DNA from: Eledone cirrhosa
Taxonomy: Eukaryota
Assembly (NCBI GenBank): GCA_964016885.1
Contig: OZ024740.1
Coordinates: 163,494,001 to 163,558,000, forward strand
DNA length: 64,000 nt
Direction of reading: 5' to 3'
Positions within the stretch are counted from its first letter, which is position 1, and every line of letters begins with the position of its first letter. The notes under the pieces are model-generated. The model made no database searches and was not told the DNA's origin. It was given only the letters and a program-made list of their open reading frames with translations. Of this stretch, positions 54,302-64,000 are shown piece after piece. The position numbers and the translations under genes are program-made.

Positions 54302-56445
54302 TTACCGTACTTTTCGTAGAGGAAGGATGGTTTCTCCATCCCTTTTCACTTGACCGTCTGGTGAAGGGACCGTTGAATCCTCCCTTCGGCTGGTCGTCGG
54401 CTCTTCTATGAGTATGTCCGAATATACTCTCTGGTTGAGAGTCCCTCCTAGGTCTCTGAAATCACCAACTGCGTTGGGGAATTTCGTTTTAATGTTTGTG
54501 TATTGTTTCTGTGTAATTCTTACCAGTCTTATGTTCGTTGGTGTTTTGATTGGTGCTGGTATTATGTAGTCGTGGTGTGAAATGTCTGTGTGTTCAATTA
54601 TGTAAGTCATTAGTTTCTTGTTGTGTGTATTTATTGCCGTGCATTTGTTTTTCTGGGGGTGGGTGTGGTTCTACTATTTTCTTGTCGTTGTTGCTGGGTG
54701 TGTGTGTTTTGTTGTTGTGTTTGCGATGTTGGTGCTTGTGGTGGTGGTGGTGTTGAAGGTGTTGTTGTTGTTGGCGGTGGGGTTGTCGCCGGTGGTGATG
54801 GTGGTGCTAGTGTGGGTGGTGATTGTGTTGGTGGTGTTGCTGCTGTGAGTCTCTTTGCAGTAGCCTTTACCCTTTTTTCATTTCTTTCCTCCCTTTTCGA
54901 AGGCGACGATGCGCTGCTTCTGCGTTTGTGCCCTCTTACGACCTTTTGCCATCCCTCTCCCTTCTCACACTCCATGTCTGATTCTGTGAGGTCGGGGAGG
55001 GGTACCAGCTCCACTCTTTCACTTGTTGTTGTTGGTGATGTTTGCACTGGAGTCTCTGTTGCAGCTGCATTTGGTATTACTGTTGTTGTTAATACTTCCA
55101 CTGCTGCTGCTGTTTTTGATTTCCGTGGCGTGTGTATGGGTGCCACGGACCTATCGTTCCTGGTTGTCGCTTGTCCTATTGCTGATAGCCGTGGAGCCGG
55201 TTTCGGAAGGAGGGGTTTTTCTCCTTTCTCAGGGTCTTCTCGTTGCAGAAGGCCCTGAGGTGAGTCTTCGATCCACAGCGAAAGTATTTCGGGCGTTTGC
55301 CCTCAACACTTATGGGCAGTTGAGTGCCGTTATCGAAGTCTATCACATCCGGGATAGCTTCGATGCACTCCTGGTTGGTTTGGATTAACATCTCAATGGA
55401 GGTGCCGACCCAATCTTCTCTTACTTTTTTCTGTACCTGCAGTACAGTTGTTTTGTCCTCGATTCCGACGAGGACAGACGCGGCCAGCCAAGAAGGGGCC
55501 ATCCTGGGGGGGACGTGGGTCAGTTTGACCCTCACAATTTTTTGCCCGCAGTAGGGTGGGCACCAACACCATTTCCTCGCTCCTTAGGGCCACTAAGGAT
55601 TGAGCCGTTGCCTCCTGGGGTGTGGAAAAAAGCACGTCTAGGGTGGCATATTTCTTGCCTCGGGTGATGTGCGTTTTCCGCTGCCACACAGACCCTAAGG
55701 CTTTTTGTATTTGAGCCTATGTGGCTCTTTCAACCCTACGGGATTTTGTGCTTACTGTACGGTACGTGACCGTACAATGCTGTTGGGTTTCGAAAAATTT
55801 TTCGGCTGCCTTGCAGATTGCTCGGTGTCCGGTTTTTGTCACCATCTTCTTCGCTTCCTCTAATTCCTCATTTGTTATGAGGATGGTTTCCAGGTTCTTT
55901 GCGATACCTGCAAACAAGATTGTTTTTTCTTTGCTGCTGCTGTTGTTGTTGTTGTCGTCAGAGCTGCTGTTACTTTTGTTGTTTCTGCAGGTACTACGAC
56001 TACTGCCGCCGCCGCTGTTGCTGTGGTTGTTGTTGTTGTTGTTGCTGCTGCTGCTGCTGTTGTTGTTGCTGCTAATGCTGTTGTTGTTTATGCTGCTGCT
56101 GATGCTGTTGCGGCTGCTACTGTTGTTTTCCTTGTCACTGTTGCTGCTGCTGCTGCTGTTATTACGGTTGCTACTGCTATTATTCCTGACGTCAGACGAA
56201 TGAAATGGGTTTTCGTATTTCCCGCACATCTTTTTCGTCGTTGTCGTCGTCGTCGTGGAGAAATCTTGCACGCTTTGCACGTGATTTTTCTTTTCTGGTG
56301 TCGCTTGCGAAAGAGAAGGGAGGGAGGGAGACACATTTAGAGAAAGGAGGGAGAGAGACAATCTTCTCTCTGCTGTAGTGACGATTGAGGAAGAAGAAGA
56401 CGGAATGAGTGGGAGTGACCTATGAAAATTATTTTTCGTAGCCAT
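54302..56445 (-). pseudogene. Tx1 ORF1 (frameshifted)
   Basis: Poly-S/N N-terminus; ISVEGKRPKYFRCGSKTHLRAFC degenerate knuckle; T/P-rich linker. Confidence 0.75.
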
Positions 56446-56662
56446 ATTTTTTTTTTTTGTTTAAAATAAATATTGGGCACAAAACCCCAATAAACGGTTA
56501 TTTAACCCCGAAGGGCCAAATAACGGGCAGAAAGACCCCTCTCACGAGGAGGAGGGTGTTTTTGTCTACAATTTGGTTAAAGTTTTAAACAATTTACAAT
56601 TGTCATAGCGGTCAAAATTTACAATACCTTACAGAGCCGAGCCTCCGTCAACCATAGCATTC

Positions 56663-56722
<60 letters not shown>

Positions 56723-57722
56723 CCATTTACTACTGAAATGGAAAACACAGAAAAAGCAAAGCAGGTAAAAGTAACTGCAAAGAAAGAACTGCTACAGAAA
56801 CTGGCTAAGAAATGGCAAGAAAAGCCTCTGTATGGAAAATACCCAGAGCGAGCTAACAATCCTGATGTTGACAAAACTTTAACCCATCAGTGGTTGGCAT
56901 CCTCTGGACTGAAATCGGAGACTGAAGGACTGATTATATCAGCACAAGATCAGTGTCTGCCAACAAAAAATTACCAAGCCAACATAATAAAAAATAGATG
57001 CAGCCCATTATGCCGTGTATGCAAAAAACAACCAGAGACCATTGACCATATAATTTCAATGTGCAGTCCTATAGCTCCAACCGAATACCTAAACAGGCAT
57101 GACAGAGCTGCACAATACATACATTGGATAATGTGTAAGCATTTTGACCTGCCCCATCAAAAGAATTGGTGGGAGCATCAACCACCTCCCATACTTGAAA
57201 AAGATCACATCTCAATCCTGTGGAACTTTAGCATCCAAACAGACCGAAAAATAGATGCAAATAGACCTGATATAATATTGAAGGACTTTCAAAAGAGGGT
57301 ATGCCTGCTAATTGATATGTCTGTTCCAATAGACAAGAATGTATCTATAAAAACATTTGAAAAATTGAGCAAGTATAAGGACCTGGAGATAGAAATTGGA
57401 AAAATGTGGAAATTGAGAACTAAAACAATACCAGTGGTTGTAGGCGCTCTGGGAATGATACCTAAGGGGTCTATTGATTACTTATCGCAAATCCCAGGAA
57501 ACCCGCGTATAGGAGAAATACAAAAGATAGTACTAATGGGAACTGCCCATATACTAAGGAAGATTCTGTCAATATAAGTACATCACAAGTCTAAACACTA
57601 AAGATGCATGTGTGAGTATGTATGTTCTTTCTTGAACATGGCGGACCTTGTTGTCTCTTGAGGTCACTGGTTGTGACTTGGTGATAACTCGTATGAACAT
57701 AAAGCAAGATAAATGCAACTGT
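56723..57722 (+). mobile_element. 5'-truncated R4/Dong-type LINE (RLE domain), flanked by (TAA)n
   Basis: ORF 56738-57577: CRVC..ETIDHIISMC, RHD, RPDII..LIDMSVP, EKLSKY; (TAA)n at both ends. Confidence 0.92.
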
Positions 57723-57748
57723 AATAATAATAATAATAATAATAACAG

Positions 57749-58530
57749 TCAGATAACGGCAATTTCACCACCACCACCGCCAATCCCAGCATAATAATTA
57801 TAATTACTATTATTATTTCTCAAGTTTTCACAAAATGTTTAATTCCAATATTAAGAAAATATGTCAACACATATACGCGACTAACCACATAGATTCACCG
57901 ATCAAACAAAAATACAGTCTATTCAACAAAACTCAGTAACGACAACGCCATCACTACTCTCACCGCCGCCACCACCCATCCATCATTGCTACCACTATCC
58001 CATCGCCGCCGCCGCCACTCCTTCATTGCTGCCACCGCTATTCCCCCATTACCTTCTGTTAACTTACGAAAGGGGAAGATGGCGGTATCACTAGACAATG
58101 TTAATAAACAATATTAATATTTAATTTTGGATCAGGAATGTTAGAGTCGAAAAGGAGAAAAATGTCAAAATGACTAAATAGCTAAATAGCTAAAGATAAT
58201 TTCACCACCAACACCGCCGCCACTACCACGCTAAAAACTCTGGCCAAGTTGCCTCGGCCGCTAATTCTACTCCAACTTCAACACCATCGCTACAGTACTA
58301 CGATCACATCACCACCGCCACTGCCTCATTATCGCTGCCGCCGCTATTCTCTCCCACTGCCTCCTGCTAGGTACTAATAGCACAGCACCGCCACCACCAC
58401 CATCGCCACTGCCTCATTATCACTGCCGCCGCTATTCTCTCCCACTAGCCCCTGCTACATCGTAGTGTCCCCACTAAAAGAGGAAGGCATCAAAATATAT
58501 AAATAGACTGAATTGATGACCCGGTCAAAA
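57749..58530. repeat. CAC/CCG-rich spacer repeat (related copy 62718-63090)
   Basis: Shared CAGATAACGGCAATTTCACCACCACCA, ACCACTATCCCATC.CCGCCGCC, GGGAAG.TGGCGGTATCACTAGACAA and ATATAAATAGA.TGA.TT..TGACC. Confidence 0.8.
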
Positions 58531-58749
58531 TCAAAAAGCCAAAAATCAAAATCAAAGCAGCACAGCAACAACGAAAAACGTAAAGAAAAGAAAAATGAAG
58601 AGAAAAACAAACAGACGGACAGAGAAGGGAAGGGAAAAAATAAGTCAGACATTCAAACATTACATTACAATGAAACTTATGCTTATTCATTTTGGGGGGT
58701 TTTTTTGCCTGTTTGTTTGTTTGTTTATTTATGTTCGTCTACAGCGTGA

Positions 58750-61700
58750 TAATGCCACACAAAAATCACCGGGAGTGACGAAATCACCGGGGGTGATGAA
58801 ATCATCGGTGGTTATGTAACCATACATTCGCCAATCCCCGATAAGAGTGTTTAAATGTCGAACCTAGACAGTTCGAATAACGGTGAAATGGAGACTAGAA
58901 TGTCATGTGACAGACTCTCACCCAACAGGTGCTCCCTGGCTCAGCAGCAGGGACCTGGCTGTCAACCAAATACTGCTGGTGTCGGAGGAAGAAGAAGAAG
59001 GAAAGGGACCAGAACCAACTGGACGAAAGAATTGAATAGAACTGTTATGCAATGTTACCTGAAGAGTAACCCAAGGAGAAAGGTTATAGGAAACGGATGC
59101 ATAACATCTGGAACGAGATTGGTCTATTTAAATTAGATGAACAAAAATTGGCCGGGCAGGCTCGGGTAATAAGAACTAATGGGTGGATAAGCGAGCTGGA
59201 ACTGGAGAAACTGAGCAGAGAGATTAGCTTGGAAATGGAGAGTGGAGTATGCCAGGCAAACGAGCCAGTGGGAAATGAAGGTGAGGAGGTCGAGAAAACG
59301 GAGGAACCACCCGAAACAGACAATGATCTGAATGCTGAGATAAATAATACCTGGAACAGAGATACGGCCACTGAGGAGATGAATGCTGACGGGCTAGGAC
59401 AAGATTTGGTTGATATCCTAAACTTAGTGGTAGATGAATTGAACAATGATAGTGGGAAACCTATGAACCTAAGATTTGTAGACAGTAAAAAGTTAAAAGA
59501 AACAACAGCTAAGGTAAACAAAGTCATCCCATACCTTGAGGCGAGGAGCCTTCACCAGTGCAACAATATCCTCAAAGCAACAGCAAATACGGTGAGGAAA
59601 CAACTTGGTATAAAAGCGAGAGGAAACAACAAACAAGAAAGATCAGAGCCTTGGTGGAAGAAACGACTGAGTGGTCAAATCAGGGAAATGAGAAATGACA
59701 TTGGAAAGCTTGAGTCCCTACTGAATGGGACACTAAAAAACATAGACACTAAAAATATACTGGAAATAAAGTACAAAACTAGGAGGAAAAAGCTAAATAT
59801 TATCATAGAGGAACTGAAGCAACGCATTGTAGCAAAGAGTGCAAAAATCAGGCGATACGAGAACAGAGTCAGTCAGTATAGACAGAACCGCATGTTCGAC
59901 AACAACCAGAAGATGCTGTTTGGACAGCTTGAAGGGAAAGAAAGAGGCAACGACTTGATCCCTGAGGCGGAACAAACTAAAACATTCTGGAGAGGAATAT
60001 GGGAGCAAGATGTTAAACATAATGACCAGGCAGTGTGGATTGAGACAGTACAGAAGAAGATTAGTGAACAGGCACACCAACAAACTGATTTGAGTATCAC
60101 AGTTGAAACTCTTAAGGGGCAGGCCAAAAAACTAACCAACTGGAAATCACCAGGCCCAGATGGTGTGCAGGGGTATTGGATTAAAAATATAACATCTCTC
60201 CACCCGAAACTGACAACCATGTTCAATGACTGCTTGATGTCCGGTGAGGTACCAGAGTGGTTGACGAAAGGTACCACAGTTCTGATAATGAAAGACCGAA
60301 TCAAGGGTAATGATGTTAGCAACTATAGACCTATCACATGTCTGTCCGTAATGTGGAAACTGTTAACAAGCATTATGCCTGATGAAATCTACCATCACCT
60401 CCACACAAACAACTTGTTACCGGACGAACAGAAAGGATGCCCAAAGAAGTCACGTGGTACAAAGGACCAGTTACTTATTGATAAGATGGTAATGAGGAAT
60501 TGCAAGAGGAGACACACTGGTCTTGCCATGGGATGGATAGACTACAAAAAGGCATTTGACAAGGTGCCTCATTCTTGGATCAACAAAAGCCTGGAGATCT
60601 TCAAGGTGGCAGATAACATCAGACAGTTGTTGGGCAAAAGTATGAAGTCCTGGGAAACAGAGTTAACATCAACTGGAGAATCCTTGGGAAGCGTGAAGAT
60701 CAAGAGAGGTATCTTCCAGGGAGATAGTTTGTCCCCTCTGTTGTTTGTCCTTGCCCTGATGCCCCTGACCAGTGTACTGCGAAAAGTGAGAGCAGGATAC
60801 AGGTTGGGAAAGGGAGGGCTTACCATCAATCACCTCCTCTTCATGGACGATCTTAAGCTCTTCGGGAAGAGTGAGAAGGAGTTGGATGTGCTTGTTGACA
60901 CTGTCCGTATTTTCAGCAATGATATATGTATGCAATTTGATATTAGTAAGTGTGGAGTCCTTGAGATGAAGAGGGGTAAATTGAGCAGAAGTAACGGAAT
61001 CCAGGTACCAACAGGTGAGATGATAAAGGAAATTGACTCTGAAGAAGGATACAAGTATTTGGGTGTTCTGGAGGTTGATGACATCAAGAACAAAAAAATG
61101 AAGAAATTGATAAGAACTGAATACATTCGGAGAATAAGGAGCGTATTAAAGTCACATCTGAACAGTAGGAATGCCATAAGTGCAGTAAATTCCCGAGCTG
61201 TGTCTATTATTAGGTACAGTGCGGGAATTCTGAGATGGAATGTTGTTTAACAAAAAGAAATGGATAGGAAGACTAGGAAGCTATTGACTATCTACAACAT
61301 GTTCCACAAGGGGAGTGGTGTTGGTAGACTCTACTTAAGGAGATCTGAAGGTGGAAGAGGTCTTATCAGCATAGAGGACTGTGTTCAGATGGAGAAAAAC
61401 AACCTACACAAATACGTGACTGATAGTAAGGAGCCAATGCTCAGAACTGTACTGAAGGAGGGGACAATAGACCAGGGAATGTCCAAGGAGGAAATAACAT
61501 CAAGGAGAAAGAGCAGCCTTCAGGAAAATTCCCTTCATAGTACCTTCTTTGAGAAAATTGAATTCAGAGATCCACAGACATGGAACTGGTTGAAAAGAGG
61601 GGACCTTAAAAAGGCTACAGAAGGAATGTTAATGGCTGCGCAGGAGCAGGCCCTCAAAACGAAGTGGTTGAAACACCATATTTACATGGAGCAGGCTAGC

Positions 61701-62307
61701 CCACTGTGCAGGATCTGTGGAGAGAGAGAGGAGACTGTGGCTCACATTGTATCCGAGTGTAAACACCTAGCCCAGACCCACTATAAGGGCTGGAGATATG
61801 ATGTGATGAGTAGGGTGATCCACTGGCACCTATGCAAAGTAAACAATTTACCACATTCTGAGAAGTGGTATGAGCATAAGCCAGAGTCGGTGATAGAAAA
61901 CGATCAGGTGAAGGTGCTGTGGGATTTTAGGATACAGACGGACAAGAAACTGGAACACAATAGACCTGACCTGGTGGTTGTGGACAAAGAAAAAAGATCG
62001 TGTCTGATTGTGGATGTGGCCTGCCCATTCGACACGAGAGTACAAGAGAAGGAGAGGGAGAAAATTAACCGATACCAGGACTTAAAGTGGGAGGTAAAAA
62101 GGATTTGGAACTGCCATGAAGTCAAAGTGGTCCCGATTGTCATAGGCGCACTAGGTACTATCTCAAAAAGTTTCCAAGAAAATTGGCCCCTTCACGCTTT
62201 TTGGAACGCTTCAAAGGCATGCTTGAATATCTGAGGCTGCAGGTAGTGGCTTGATATTCATTTCAACAAACTTTCCAGTTAACTAACATCAATGACTGAG
62301 ACTCAAA
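58750..62307 (+). mobile_element. Near-full-length R4/Dong-type LINE with (AAT)n 3' flank
   Basis: Single RT-RLE ORF; (AAT)~13 at 62308-62348. Confidence 0.93.
58855..62234 (+). pseudogene. RT-RLE polyprotein (frameshift ~59080, stop ~61248, 3' frameshift)
   Basis: WKSPGPDG, NYRPITCL, IDYKKAFD, IFQGDSLSPLLF, LFMDDLK, YKYLG, GGRG, CRIC..HIVSEC, RPDLV..VDVACP, EKINRY. Confidence 0.93.
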
Positions 62308-62348
<41 letters not shown>

Positions 62349-63349
62349 GGGAAGAAGACGCACGAGGTGGTAGAAGGTCATGAAATCGCTCCCGTAAGTT
62401 TTGAATTTTTAACATATTTAAATTATTTGTGAAATAACAACTCTTAGTAAAAATGCTACGTAAAGCATCCGGCTTGAGCCCCCCAAAAAATTCGGACCCA
62501 AAATATATTGTTATAAGGCTCAAATATTCAAATATTCAACTTTGTATTGTACATTGTACATTCAAAAAAAAAAAATGGCTATAAATGGAAGAAGAACCCC
62601 CCCCCCCCCTCCTCTGTCTACACTATATAGAACAGCCAAACAACACCAATCTCACCAACACCAGAAACTAGATACACCACCGACCCCATCACCTCTCTGT
62701 GTACACTAAACACAACAGCCAGATAACGGCAATTTCACCACCACCACTCACTACTGCCATCATTACCACCACTATCCCATCACCGCCGCCACCACTCCTT
62801 CATTGCTACCACCGCTACAACACCATCACTACAGTAATACGATCACATCACCACCACCACTGCCTCGGTATCGACATCACCACCACCACTGTCTCAGTAT
62901 CGATACCGCCGCTACTGTCTCCCACATCTTGCCACTATCCCATCGTCGCCGCCACCACTCCTTCAATGCTACCACCACTACTCCCCTGTTAACTTGAGAG
63001 AGAAAGGGGAAGGTGGCGGTATCACTAGACAAGGGAGAGGCTAGCAAAAGATATAAATAGATTGATTTAGTGACCTGGCCGCCAGCCAAACGTCAACGTC
63101 AACAACTATGGGACTGCTGGCTCACCCCTTCCTCACCAACAATATAAAAAGCCACGGCACCACCACCGACATAGCCAACAACAATAACAGCCAACTACAA
63201 CAAAAAGTATATTATATTATTGTAATGCACTGGGTGATTGCTGGCCTTGTGCCTGAAGTGGAGACAATTATTAATAATTTCATTCTTAAGCCACGCAATG
63301 CTCACATTAAGGAACCACTCATGATAATAACAATTTAAAAAAAACAACA

Positions 63350-64000
63350 AAAAGAAAACCCCGTGACCAAGAAATACCGGGATGGCGGCCGGCGGGGAAT
63401 AGCCGTGTCTCTAGGGGAGAACGACCCCTCTAGTCTTGGTTGACACTCGTTCTAGAAGTGGTAACACGAAATGATTACCCCTTGGCGGATAAGGATAAAA
63501 CGCGACAAAATAAAGTAAATGTCTAATGATAAAATCTCATACCGGATCGGCCGTCACCCGGGTAAAAAAGGGCCGCGTCCCTCAGAGAGGAACCAGACTG
63601 GGGTCGAAAAATCAGCTAATGGTTCAAACCTTCCCATCACTTCGGAGCTGGAGACCTCCCATAACCGGAATACTCCTACTGTTGGCCCTCCATGCTCACC
63701 ACCAAGAAATCCAAAGAAAAAGAGAGAAAAATGGTCAAGGGAAGATAATAAAGAAGTCCTTGAGGCTTTCTACACTGCCATGTACTACCCATCAAATACA
63801 TCGAATACAGAACAGACATATATCAACTGGAAAAAGAAACATCCCGAAAACAGAGGCTATATTGACAGTAACAAACTAGCCAATATACGAAGAAATATTG
63901 TAAGAAAAAAGTTACTAACTGATATAGAAATTGATCAGATCAAGCTATTAGCACAAAGTCAGCGAAGGGAAAATGAAACATGTGTCAGTGAAAACGAGGT
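63350..64000 (+). mobile_element. 5' end of another R4/Dong-type LINE, runs off window end
   Basis: KKREKWSREDNKEVLEAFY..YINWKKKHPENRGYIDSNKLANIRRNIVRKKLLTDIEIDQIK resembles the N-terminus of the 58855 element (WTKELN..LDEQKLAGQARVIR). Confidence 0.7.

Larger units (their letters stand above)
50709..56662 (-). mobile_element. L1/Tx1-clade LINE no. 2, near full length, within (AAT)n
   Basis: ORF1 and ORF2 remnants; (AAT)n at 50673-50708 and 56663-56722. Confidence 0.92.

Noticed and set aside
57749-58530. CRISPR-like or coding repeat array
   Set aside because: Irregular degenerate CAC/CCG repeats without a constant repeat-spacer period; eukaryotic context and no cas genes.
58750-58845. HDV-like ribozyme at the Dong 5' end (also checked 63370-63500)
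   Set aside because: Partial P1/P2-like pairing only; no L3 UCC or P1.1 GG could be placed.
45087-62143. Numerous opposite-strand ORFs over the Tx1 and Dong elements
   Set aside because: Antisense shadows of GC-richer retroelement coding sequence.

Overview
AT-rich eukaryotic genomic DNA, very probably an octopus-type cephalopod (inferred from a cephalopod-like mitochondrial 16S NUMT, SINE types and extreme microsatellite density). No host protein-coding gene can be supported; most ORF-track entries are microsatellite or antisense artefacts. The window is a dense mosaic of mobile elements: four R4/Dong-type RLE LINEs (one near full length), two near-full-length L1/Tx1 LINEs, CR1/L2-group and RTE remnants (one RTE with three C-terminal C2H2 fingers), a complete Buster-type hAT transposon with TIRs and 8-bp TSD, MITEs and tRNA-derived SINEs. 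The most interesting layer is non-coding. About a dozen hammerhead-ribozyme-like motifs lie in Penelope-like (PLE) terminal-repeat remnants embedded in (TA)n, several with C or A at core position U4, and many in foldback structures whose junctions fall in or beside ribozyme helices. Retroelement classes appear to partition different microsatellites as insertion targets, ending in a 19-kb Tx1/Dong stack at 44.9-64 kb with a repeated CAC-rich spacer. All calls were read by eye, boundaries are approximate, and no searches were run.
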